From Nemertoderma westbladi (taxonomy: Eukaryota; Animalia; Xenacoelomorpha), in NCBI GenBank assembly GCA_032718475.1, contig JAUCBJ010005103.1:1-53559 (forward strand): a DNA stretch of 53,559 nt, in the 5' to 3' direction. Positions 37,501 through 49,300 of this stretch are shown here, one piece after another (position 1 is the first letter of the stretch; each line of letters opens with the position of its first letter). Below the pieces are notes generated by a model that did not search any database, was not told the DNA's origin, and saw only the letters and a program-made list of their open reading frames with translations. A program made the position numbers and the translations under genes.

Positions 37501-39223
37501 TTTATGGATGCCACCAGGTGTAGGGGTCGAGGGAACTCCGGGTGTACTATTCCTAGTCCGACACAGGCATTCAGCGAAAGGAAAATTGTATTAAATCCCA
37601 AATCGCGACATAAGTAGACAGTTTCTGTGTGGGTTTTACCACCCGTAGTCAGCTGCAGATCGATGCAACTGTCGCAGAAAATTGTTGTCCCATTTGTGCC
37701 TGTGAGGGGATAGTCTGGGTCTCGAAATTTCGCCTCGGGGGGAAAATCCCATTCTTCTTTGATTTCTGTACTCGCGAGAGTTACTTGTGCGCCGGTATCC
37801 GCCACGCATGCGACATTTCTTAGAAATTCACGAGACTCTCCCTTCCTATGGGGGGGTACGTAGAAGTCGACCGGTACGAGAGGGCGTCGCTGGACGCAAC
37901 CGAGCGCTGGTTCCATATACGCGATGCTATTAGAGGGTTGATCGATGTTTATCGCTCCGCTATTTTTCGGTTCTTTAGTCGCCATGGTTGTGAGACAGTG
38001 GCGTTTAAAGTGCCCCTTTTTACCGCAGCCGTGGCACCGTGTGTCAGTTGCCTTGCAAGCGCCGGAATGCGGCAGTTTTTCCCCGCATTTCATGCACCGT
38101 CCCGTCTCACGTTCCTCTTCCTTTGCGCGTCTATAGACGTCGCGGTTTACGGAAGGCCCACGTCCGGTGCTGTGCCCCGATTTATTCCGTTGGTATCGAG
38201 ATTTACTCTTTGATCGGTATTGGGGGCAGCTGCGTTGCTGCGGTTGGTCGTTTTGACTAATTGCGTGTACGCTGCGCTGTAGTCGCTGTGTTTCCTTGAC
38301 GGCGACTTCCCGAGCCTGACAGAATTCCACTGTGTCTGCCAGGTCAAGTCTAGGTTTTTTGGCGAAGACTTCCTCCCTTGTTTTTTCATCGGTGAGTCCG
38401 CATATCAGGAGGGTCAACTTCCAGTCGTCCAGCGTCATATCGGTGACTTGGGCGTCGTTGAAGGCTTCTTGGAGTCGCACCCAGTATTTGTTGAATGTCT
38501 GTCGCTCCGCCTGTCGGTTTTTTAATAATTGGTACCGGTCCACCATAATGTTATGCTGGGCGCGTATGTGATCGTGGATACCCACCAAGATTTCCTCGAC
38601 TTGTAGGTCGGTGTCCGCGGGAATCCCCATTAAATGGTGCAGGTCAGTCAGCAATTCGGTGCTGCAGTAGGCGAAAAAAGTCACCACCTGCTCCTCGCGT
38701 GGTTTGTCTGACAGGCGAGTTATGGTCTGGTAGTTAGCCAATGCCGCCCGCAAATGTTGGAATCCTGAGAGTTTCGTATTCCGTTCTAGTTTCTCGGGCG
38801 TGTGAACTTGAAGTTTGACGATTGGTGCGTCGTGGTGGGGGCGCCTGTTGGGTATCTGTGTATCTGGCGTTTCACGGCGTTGCAAGAGGAGGTGCAGAAG
38901 TTCCTCTCGATCTGCACGTCGGCGTTCCTCTTCCCGCCTCGCGCGCTCCTCCTCGTATGTCGCACGGTTTACTTCATCCGCCCGACGCTGCTGCTCGATT
39001 CTATCAAGCAGTTGGGCGATGTCCATCGTCGGCGCTGCCTGGGTCGGCACGGCGGGTGTCTCGTCGCCCGCAATATAGCGATGGAGTTTCCGCCTTAGAG
39101 AGGCGGTGGAATCCTTAGGAGGCCTGCATTGTCGCAATGCAGTCGTAGGGACGCCCTATCCATGTCGTCCACTTCCTCGCCAGTAAGTTCAAACGTATCG
39201 TCCGAATTTGGTTTAGCGGCCAT
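34582..39223 (-). pseudogene. gag-pol polyprotein, disrupted by 2 frameshifts and 2 in-frame stops
   Basis: Two Zn knuckles (CMKC..H...C, CHGCGKKGHFKRHC), protease ADTGAQ, RT (LDAKSGYWQI, APMG, IVDDIL), RNase H (ETDAS, TDHRPL, ADALSR) and integrase (YWPG, SDLF, MDGGPQY, SNGHAE). Likely ATG at 39223. Confidence 0.93.
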
Positions 39224-39314
39224 TCTCAGTGGCGATAGGCCTATGTACGATCAGAATACAGTGCCTTTACCGGTAGGTGTTAGGTTCCGACTCGCGGACG
39301 CCGCGAGCCGAACA

Positions 39315-39325
39315 CGACTGCGCCA
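39315..39325 (-). promoter_or_regulatory. Primer binding site, probably tRNA-Ser
   Basis: TGGCGCAGTCG directly follows the 5' LTR and is complementary to the ...CGACTGCG-CCA 3' end of invertebrate tRNA-Ser, the primer reported for Mag. Confidence 0.8.
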
Positions 39326-39527
39326 TGGTGTGAATGGTTTAATATCTCATTCGTCCTTCCTTACTGCATTATATTAAGCAACACAAATATATATGTTAAG
39401 AATTACAAATTAGAATTAGAATTAATATGCCAGGACCACCACCATTATGTAAGGGCCGCAGCGGCCGTTTAGTACCAATGTACCGGTGCCCAGTTATTGA
39501 GGCCCCAGTCAAAAGCCAGATACCACA
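39326..39527 (-). repeat. 5' LTR
   Basis: Direct repeat of 34352-34553. Confidence 0.97.
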
Positions 39528-39991
39528 CTAATGTCATACCAATTTTATTTAAAAATATTTTTTCTCCAGAACTAATATATTTTGTTCTAGAAAATGTTTA
39601 AAAAATATACTTTTAATTATAGATTTTCTTACTTTTTAAAAATGTTCTAGAACATTCGCGACGTTTGCGAAGCTCCACCTATAGTGTTGGTAAACACAAA
39701 ATTTAACTTCTTAAAAGTCACGATCTTCGCAAAATTTTGTGTTTACGAATACTATACTGTAGGTGGACAATCTTAGAAAAAATCGCAACGTTTGCGAAAT
39801 TTCGCGATCTTCGCCGAAGAAATGTTCAAAATCGTTGCCCAATGTCAATTTGTCGCTACTGATGGATGAATTAATTTCGGATTTTCCCTAGCGAATAACA
39901 TGGCCTAACCAAACTCATTAAAAATTACCCGCTATCTCTATAGCAGGTCTCCAGGGTCGACGATTAACATGCAGACACACGAACCTGAAAC

Positions 39992-40151
39992 GCAAACTGG
40001 AGCCTCCAGTGTAGGCCGCTGACTCCTCTCAGGAGGAGGGCAAACTGGAGCCTCTGGTGAAGACCACCGCCTCCTACCAGAAGGATGGCAAACTGGAGCC
40101 TCCGGTGAAGACCACCGCCTCCTACCAGAAGGATGGCAAACTGGAGCCTCC
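39992..40151. repeat. 48 bp GC-rich tandem repeat, about 3.3 copies
   Basis: gcaaactggagcctc recurs at 48 bp spacing. Confidence 0.9.
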
Positions 40152-40332
40152 TGCGTTATGGACCTGCATTGTCTATGAAATAAGCAAATCTGAAGGATGG
40201 CTAATAAAGATGTTAGAGAGGTAACGCACGTTGTAGCAGATGGCCTATTTAGTTTTATAGTTGTGGTGGCGGTGGTTGGGTGAACAGCTTCCGACAGGCC
40301 TCGCATTCAAGAAGGAGCCCATACGTGTCAAT

Positions 40333-43300
40333 TTGTAGCGCAACACAAGGGTTCAGTGCATGGACCATTGTAGGATACAGAGTTCGTAGCGCAACTCAAG
40401 GGTTCAGTACACGGACCGTTGTAGCATACAGAGTTCGTAGCGCAACTCAAGGGTTCAGTTCATGGGCCGTTGTAGGATACAGAGTTCATAGCGCAACTCA
40501 AGTGTTCAGTGCATGGACCGTTGTAGGATACAGAGTTCGTAGCGCAACTCAAGGATTCAGTTCATGGGCCATTGTAGGATACAGAGTTCGTAACGCAACT
40601 CAAGTGTTCAGTGCATGGACCGTTGTAGGATACAGAGTTCGTAGTGCAACTCAAGGATTCAGTTCATGGGCCATTGTAGGATACAGAGTTTGTAGCGCAA
40701 CTCAAGGGTTCAGTGCATGGGCCGTTGTAGGATGTAGGAAGCAGAGTTCGTAGCGCAACTCAAGGGTTCAGTGCATGGACCGTTGTAGGAGGATACAGAG
40801 TTCGTAGCGCAACGCAAGGGTTCAGTGCATGGGCCGTTGTAGGATGTAGGAAGCAGAGTTCGTAGCGCAACTCAAGGGTTCAGTGCATGGACCGTTGTAG
40901 GATACAGAGTTCGTAGCGCAACTCAAGGGTTCAGTGCATGGACCGTTGTAGGATACAGAGTTTGTAGCGCAACTCAAGGGTTCAGTGCATGGACCGTTGT
41001 AGGATGTGGGAAGCAGAGTTCGTAGCGCAACTCAAGGGTTCAATACACGGACCGTTGTAGGATACAGAGTTTATAGCGCAACTCAAGGGTTCAGTGCATG
41101 GGCCGTTGTAGAATACAGAGTTTGTAGCGCAACTCAAGGGTTCAGTGCATGGGCTGTTGTAGTATACAGAGTTTGTAGCGCAACTGAAGGGTTCAGTGCA
41201 TGGACCATTGTAGGATACAGAGTTTGTAGCGCAACTCAAGGGTTCAGTACACGGACTGTTGTAGGATACAGAGTTCGTAGCGGAACTCAAGGGTTCAGTA
41301 CATGGACCGTTGTAGAATACAGAGTTCATAGCGCAACTCAAGGGTTCAGTTCATGGGGGCCATTGTAGGATACAGAGTTCGTAGCGCAACTCAAGGGTTC
41401 AGTACACGGACCGTTGTAGGATACAGAGTTCGTAGCGCAACTCAAGGGTTCAGTGCATTGACCGTTGTAGGATACAGAGTTCGTAGCGCAACTCAAGGGT
41501 TCAGTGTATGGACCGTTGTAGGATACAGAGTTTGTAGCGCAACTCAAGGGTTCAGTGCATGGGCCGTTGTAGGATGTGGGAAGCAGAGTTCGTAGCTCAA
41601 CTCAAGGGTTCAATACACGGACCGTTGTAGGATACAGAGTTTGTAGCGCAACTCAAGGGTTAAGTACAAGGACCGTTGTAGGATACAGAGTTCATAGCGC
41701 AACTCAAGGGTTCAGTACACGGACCGTTGTAGGATACAGAGTTCATAGCGCAACTCAAGGGTTCAGTGCATGGGCCATTGTAGTATACAGAGTTTGTAGC
41801 GCAACTGAAGGGTTCAGTGCATGGACCATTGTAGGATACAGAGTTCGTAGCGCAACTCAAGGGTTCAGTACACGGACCGTTGTAGGATACAGAGTTTGTA
41901 GCGCAACTCAAGGGTTCAGTACACGGACCATTGTAGAATACAGAGTTCGTAGCGCAACTCAAGGGTTCATTCAGTTCATGGGCCGTTGTAGGATACAGAG
42001 TTCGTAGCGCAACTCAAGGGTTCAGTACACGGACCGTTGTAGGATACAGAGTTCATAGCGCAACTCAAGGGTTCAGTACATGGACCGTTGTAGGATACAG
42101 AGTTTGTAGCGCAACTCAAGGGTTCAGTTCATGGGCCATTGTAGGATACAGAGTTCATAGCGCAACTGAAGGGTTCAGTACACAGACCGTTGTAGGATAC
42201 AGAGTTTGTAGCGCAACTCAAGGGTTCAGTGCATGGACCATTGTAGGATACAGAGTTCGTAGCGCAAATCAAGGGTTCACTACAAGGACCGTTGTAGGAT
42301 ACAGAGTTTGTAGCGCAACTCAAGGGTTCGGTGCATGGGCCGTTGTAGGATGTGGGAAGCAGAGTTCGTAGCGCAACTCAAGGGTTCAGTACACGGACCG
42401 TTGTCGGATACAGAGTTCGTATCGCAACTCTAGGGTTCAGTTCATGGGCTGTTGTAGGATACAGAGTTCGTAGCGCAACTCAAGGGTTCAGTACAAAGAC
42501 CGTTGTAGGATACAGAGTTCGTAGCGCAACTCAAGGGTTCAGTTCATGGGCCGTTGTAGGATACAGAGTTCGTAGCGCAACTCAAGGGTTCAGTGCATGG
42601 ACCGTTGTAGGATACAGAGTTCGCAGCGCAACTCAAGGGTTCAGTGCATGGACCGTTGTAGGATACAGAGTTCATAGCGCAACTCAAGGGTTCAGTGCAT
42701 GGGCCGTTGTAGGATGTAGGAAGCAGAGTTTGTTGCGCAACTCAAGGGTTCACAGTGCATGGACCGTTGTAGGATACAGAGTTCGTAGCGCAACTCAAGG
42801 GTTCAGTGCATGGGCCGTTGTAGGATGTAGGAAGCAGAGTTCGTAGCGCAACTCAAGGGTTCATGGCATGGACCGTTGTAGGATACAGAGTTCATAGCGC
42901 AACTCAATGGTTCAGTGCATGGACCGTTGTAGGATACAGAGTTCATAGCGCATCTCAAGGGTTCAGTGCGTGGACCATTGTAGGATACAGAGTTCATAGC
43001 GCAACTCAAGGGTTCAGTGCATGGGCCATTGTAGGATGTATGAAGCAGAGTTTGTAGCGCAACTCAAGGGTTCAGTGCATGGACCGTTGTAGGATACAGA
43101 GATCGCAGCGCAACTCAAGGGTTCAGTGCATGGACCGTTGTAGGATACAGAGTTCGTAGCGCAACTCAAGGGTTCAGTGCATGGACCGTTGTAGGATACA
43201 GAGTTTGCAGCGCAACTCAAGGGTTCAGTGCATGGGCCGTTGTAGGCTGTAGGAAGCAGAGTTCATAGCGCAACTCAAGGGTTCAGTGCATGGACCGTTG

Positions 43301-46300
43301 TAGGATACAGAGTTCGTTGCGCAACTCAAGGGTTCAGTGCATGGGCCGTTGTAGGATGTAGGAAGCAGAGTTCGTAGCGCAACTCAAGGGTTCAGTGCAT
43401 GGACCGTTGTAGGATACAGAGTTCGTAGCCCAACTCAAGGGTTCAGTGCATGGGCCGTTGTAGGATGTAGGAAGCAGAGTTCGTAGCGCAACTCAAGGGT
43501 TCAGTGCATGGACCGTTGTAGGATACAGAGTTCGTAGCGCAACTCAAGGGTTCAGTGCATGGGCCGTTGTAGGATGTAGGAAGCAGAGTTCGTAGCGCAA
43601 CTCAAGGGTTCAGTGCATGGACCGTTGTAGGATACAGAGTTCGCAGTGCAACTCAAGGGTTCAGTGCATGGACCGTTGTAGGATACAGAGTTCGTAGCGC
43701 AACTCAAGGGTTCAGTGCATGGACCGTTGTAGGATACAGAGTTCGTAGCGCAACTCAAGGGTTCAGTACACGGACCGTTGTAGGATACAGAGTTCGTAGC
43801 GCAACTCAAGGGTTCAGTGCATGGACCGTTGTAGGATACAGAGTTCGTAGCGCAACTCAAGGGTTCAGTGCATGGGCCATTGTAGGATGTATGAAGCAGA
43901 GTTCGTAGCGCAACTCAAGGGTTTAGTGCATGGACCGTTGTAGGATACAGAGTTCGTAGCGCAACTCAAGGGTTCAGTACACGGACCGTTGTAGCATACA
44001 GAGTTCGTTGCGCAACTCAAGGGTTCAGTGCATGGGCCGTTGTAGGATGTAGGAAGCAGAGTTCGTAGCGCAACTCAAGGGTTTAGTGCATGGACCGTTG
44101 TAGGATACAGAGTTCGTAGCGCAACTCAAGGGTTCAGTGCATGGGCCGTTGTAGGATGTAGGAAGCAGAGTTCGTAGCGCAACTCAAGGGTTCAGTGCAT
44201 GGGCCGTTGTAGGATGTAGGAAGCAGAGTTCGTAGCGCAACTCAAGGGTTCAGTGCATGGGCCGTTGTAGGATGTAGGAAGCAGAGTTCGTAGCGCAACT
44301 CAAGGGTTCAGTGCATGGACCGTTGTAGGATAAAGAGTTCGTAGCGCAACTCAAGGGTTCAGTGCATGGACCGTTGTAGGATACAGAGTTCGTAGCGCAA
44401 CTCAAGGGTTCAGTGCATGGGCCGTTGTAGGATGTAGGAAGCAGAGTTCGTAGCGCAACTCAAGGGTTCAGTGCATGGGCCGTTGTAGGATACAGAGATC
44501 GCAGCGCAACTCAAGGGTTCAGTGCATGGACCGTTGTAGGATACAGAGTTCGTAGCGCAACTCAAGGGTTCAGTGCATGGACCGTTGTAGGATAAAGAGT
44601 TCGTAGCGCAACTCAAGGGTTCAGTGCATGGGCCGTTGTAGGATACAGAGTTTGTAGCGCAACTCAAGGGTTCAGTGCATGGGCCGTTGTAGGATGTAGG
44701 AAGCAGAGTTCGTAGCGCAACTCAAGGGTTCAGTGCATGGACCGTTGTAGGATACAGAGTTCGTAGCGCAACTCAAGGGTTCAGTGCATGGGCCATTGTA
44801 GGATGTAGGAAGCAGAGTTCGTAGCGCAACTCAAGGGTTCAGTGCATGGGCCGTTGTAGGATGTAGGAAGCAGAGTTCGTAGCGCAACTCAAGGGTTCAG
44901 TGCATGGACCGTTGTAGGATACAGAGTTCGCAGCGCAACTCAAGGGTTCAGTGCATGGGCCGTTGTAGGATGTAGGAAGCAGAGTTCGTAGCGCAACTCA
45001 AGGGTTCAGTGCATGGACCGTTGTAGGATACAGAGTTCGTAGCGCAACTCAAGGGTTCAGTGCATGGGCCGTTGTAGGATGTAGGAAGCAGAGTTCGTAG
45101 CGCAACTCAAGGGTTCAGTGCATGGGCCATTGTAGGATGTAGGAAGCAGAGTTCGTAGCGCAACTCAAGGGTTCAGTGCATGGGCCGTTGTAGGATGTAG
45201 GAAGCAGAGTTCGTAGCGCAACTCAAGGGTTCAGTGCATGGACCGTTGTAGGATACAGAGTTCGCAGCGCAACTCAAGGGTTCAGTGCATGGGCCGTTGT
45301 AGGATGTAGGAAGCAGAGTTCGTAGCGCAACTCAAGGGTTCAGTGCATGGGCCATTGTAGGATGTAGGAAGCAGAGTTCGTAGCGCAACTCAAGGGTTCA
45401 GTGCATGGGCCGTTGTAGGATGTAGGAAGCAGAGTTCGTAGCGCAACTCAAGGGTTCAGTGCATGGGCCGTTGTAGGATGTAGGAAGCAGAGTTCGTAGC
45501 GCAACTCAAGGGTTCAGTGCATGGGCCATTGTAGGATGTAGGAAGCAGAGTTCGTAGCGCAACTCAAGGGTTCAGTGCATGGGCCGTTGTAGGATGTAGG
45601 AAGCAGAGTTCGTAGCGCAACTCAAGGGTTCAGTGCATGGACCGTTGTAGGATACAGAGTTCGCAGCGCAACTCAAGGGTTCAGTGCATGGACCGTTGTA
45701 GGATACAGAGTTCATAGCGCAACTGAAGGTTTCAGTGCATGGGCCGTTGTAGGATGTAAGGAAGCAGAGTTCGTAGCGCAACTCAAGGGTTCAGTGCATG
45801 GACCGTTGTAGGATACAGAGTTCATAGCGCAACTGAAGGTTTCAGTGCATGGGCCGTTGTAGGATGTAAGGAAGCAGAGTTCGTAGCGCAACTCAAGGGT
45901 TCAGTGCATGGACCGTTGTAGGATACAGAGTTTGTAGCGCAACTCAAGGGTTAAGTGCATGGGCCGTTGTAGGATACAGAGTTTGTAGCGCAACTCAAGG
46001 GTTAAGTGCATGGGCCATTGTAGGATACAGAGTTCGTAGCGCAACTCAAGGGTTCAGTGCATGGGCCATTGTAGGATACAGAGTTCGTAGCGCAACTCAA
46101 GGGTTCAGTGCACGGACCGTTGTAGGATACAGAGTTCGTAGCGCAACTCAAGGGTTCAGTGCATGGGCCGTTGTAGGATGTAGGAAGCAGAGTTCGTAGC
46201 GCAACTCAAGGGTTCAGTGCATGGACCGTTGTAGGATACAGAGTTCATAGCGCAACTGAAGGTTTCAGTGCATGGGCCGTTGTAGGATGTAAGGATACAG

Positions 46301-49300
46301 AGTTCGTAGCGCAACTCAAGGGTTCAGTGCATGGACCGTTGTAGGATACAGAGTTTGTAGCGCAACTCAAGGGTTAAGTGCATGGGCCGTTGTAGGATAC
46401 AGAGTTTGTAGCGCAACTCAAGGGTTAAGTGCATGGGCCATTGTAGGATACAGAGTTTGTAGCGCAACTCAAGGGTTAAGTGCATGGGCCATTGTAGGAT
46501 ACAGAGTTCGTAGCGCAACTCAAGGGTTCAGTGCATGGGCCGTTGTAGGATGTAGGAAGCAGAGTTTGTAGCGCAACTCAAGGGTTCAGTGTATGGACCG
46601 TTGTAGGATACAGAGTTCGTAGCGCAACTCAAGGGTTCAGTGCATGGGCCGTTGTAGGATGTAGGAAGCAGAGTTTGTAGCGCAACTCAAGGGTTCAGTG
46701 CATGGACCGTTGTAGGATACAGAGTTCGTAGCGCAACTCAAGGGTTCAGTGCATGGACCGTTGTAGGATAAAGAGTTCGTAGCGCAACTCAAGGGTTCAG
46801 TGCATGGGCCATTGTAGGATACAGAGTTCGTAGCGCAACTCAAGGGTTCAGTACAAAGACCGCTGTAGGATACAGAGTTCGTAGCGCAACTCAAGGGTTC
46901 AGTACACGGACCGTTGTAGGATAAAGAGTTCGTAGTGCAACTCAAGGGTTCAGTGCATGGGCCGTTGTAGGATGTAGGAAGCAGAGTTTGTAGCGCAACT
47001 CAAGGGTTCAGTGTATGGACCGTTGTAGGATACAGAGTTCGTAGCGCAACTCAAGGGTTCAGTGCATGGGCCGTTGTAGGATGTAGGAAGCAGAGTTTGT
47101 AGCGCAACTCAAGGGTTCAGTGCTTGGGCCATTGTAGGATACAGAGTTCGTAGCGCAACTCAAGGGTTCAGTACAAAGACCGCTGTAGGATACAGAGTTC
47201 GTAGCGCAACTCAAGGGTTCAGTACACGGACCGTTGTAGGATACAGAGTTCATAGCGCAACTCAAGGGTTCAGTGCATGGGCCGTTGTAGGATAAAGAGT
47301 TCGTAGCGCAACTCAAGGGTTAAGTGCATGGGCCATTGTAGGATACAGAGTTCGTAGCGCAACTCAAGGGTTCAGTGCATGGGCCGTTGTAGGATGTAGG
47401 AAGCAGAGTTCGTAGCGCAACTCAAGGGTTAAGTGCATGGGCCGTTGTAGGATGTAGGAAGCAGAGTTCGTAGCGCAACTCAAGGGTTCAGTGCATGGAC
47501 CGTTGTAGGATAAAGAGTTCGTAGCGCAACTCAAGGGTTCAGTGCATGGGCCGTTGTAGGATGTAGGAAGCAGAGTTTGTAGCGCAACTCAAGGGTTCAG
47601 TGTATGGACCGTTGTAGGATACAGAGTTCGTAGCGCAACTCAAGGGTTCAGTGCATGGGCCGTTGTAGGATGTAGGAAGCAGAGTTTGTAGCGCAACTCA
47701 AGGGTTCAGTGCTTGGGCCATTGTAGGATACAGAGTTCGTAGCGCAACTCAAGGGTTCAGTACAAAGACCGCTGTAGGATACAGAGTTCGTAGCGCAACT
47801 CAAGGGTTCAGTGCATGGGCCGTTGTAGGATAAAGAGTTCGTAGCGCAACTCAAGGGTTCAGTGCATGGGCCGTTGTAGGACACAGAGTTCGTAGCGCAA
47901 CTCAAGGGTTCAGTGCATGGACCGTTGTAGGATACAGAGTTCGTAGCGCAACTCAAGGGTTCAGTGCATGGGCCATTGTAGGATACAGAGTTCGTAGCGC
48001 AACTCAAGGGTTCAGTGCATGGACCGTTGTAGGATACAGAGTTCGTAGCGCAACTCAAGGGTTCAGTGTATGGACCGATGTAGGATACAGAGTTCGTAGC
48101 GCAACTCAAGGGTTCAGTGCATGGGCCGTTGTAGGATAAAGAGTTCGTAGCGCAACTCAAGGGTTCAGTGCATGGACCGTTGTAGGATACAGAGTTCGTA
48201 GCGCAACTCAAGGGTTCAGTGCATGGACCGTTGTAGGATAAAGAGTTCGTAGCGCAACTCAAGGGTTCAGTGCATGGGCCGTTGTAGGATGTAGGAAGCA
48301 GAGTTCGTAGCGCAACTCAAGGGTTCAGTGCATGGACCGTTGTAGGATACAGAGTTCGTAGCGCAACTCAAGGGTTCAGTGCATGGGCCGTTGTAGGATG
48401 TAGGAAGCAGAGTTCGTAGCGCAACTCAAGGGTTCAGTGCATGGACCGTTGTAGGATACAGAGTTTGTAGCGCAACTCAAGGGTTCAGTGCTTGGACCGT
48501 TGTAGGATACAGAGTTTGTAGCGCAACTCAAGGGTTCAGTGCTTGGACCGCTGTAGGATACAGAGTTCGTAGCGCAACTCAAGGGTTCAGTGCATGGACC
48601 GTTGTAGGATAAAGAGTTCGTAGCGCAACTCAAGGGTTCAGTGTATGGACCGTTGTAGGATACAGAGTTCGTAGCGCAACTCAAGGGTTCAGTGCATGGA
48701 CCGTTGTAGGATAAAGAGTTCGTAGTGCAACTCAAGGGTTCAGTGCATGGGCCGTTGTAGGATAAAGAGTTCGTAGCGCAACTCAAGGGTTCAGTGTATG
48801 GACCGTTGTAGGATACAGAGTTCGTAGCGCAACTCAAGGGTTCAGTGCATGGGCCGTTGTAGGATGTAGGAAGCAGAGTTTGTAGCGCAACTCAAGGGTT
48901 CAGTGTATGGGCCGTTGTAGGATAAAGAGTTCGTAGCGCAACTCAAGGGTTCAGTGTATGGACCGTTGTAGGATACAGAGTTCGTAGCGCAACTCAAGGG
49001 TTCAGTGCATGGACCGTTGTAGGATAAAGAGTTCGTAGCGCAACTCAAGGGTTCAGTGTATGGACCGTTGTAGGATAAAGAGTTCGTAGCGCAACTCAAG
49101 GGTTCAGTGTATGGACCGTTGTAGGATACAGAGTTCGTAGCGCAACTCAAGGGTTCAGTGCATGGACCGTTGTAGGATAAAGAGTTCGTAGCGCAACTCA
49201 AGGGTTCAGTGTATGGACCGTTGTAGGATACAGAGTTCGTAGCGCAACTCAAGGGTTCAGTGCATGGGCCGTTGTAGGATAAAGAGTTTGTAGCGCAACT

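Larger units (their letters stand above)
34352..39527 (-). mobile_element. Full-length Ty3/Gypsy LTR retrotransposon, Mag-like clade
   Basis: 202 bp TG...CA LTRs; TSD CTAAT at 34347-34351 and 39528-39532; PBS and PPT present; domain order gag-PR-RT-RH-INT. Confidence 0.97.
34108..39841. mobile_element. MITE (hAT-like termini) interrupted by the Gypsy element
   Basis: gggcaacgaatttgaacattccttcggc (about 34110) and gccgaagaaatgttcaaaatcgttgccc (about 39813-39840) are inverted. The TSD is degraded. Confidence 0.65.

Noticed and set aside
34453-39377. Many plus-strand and alternate-frame ORFs in the Gypsy region
   Set aside because: Shadows of the GC-rich gag-pol sequence.
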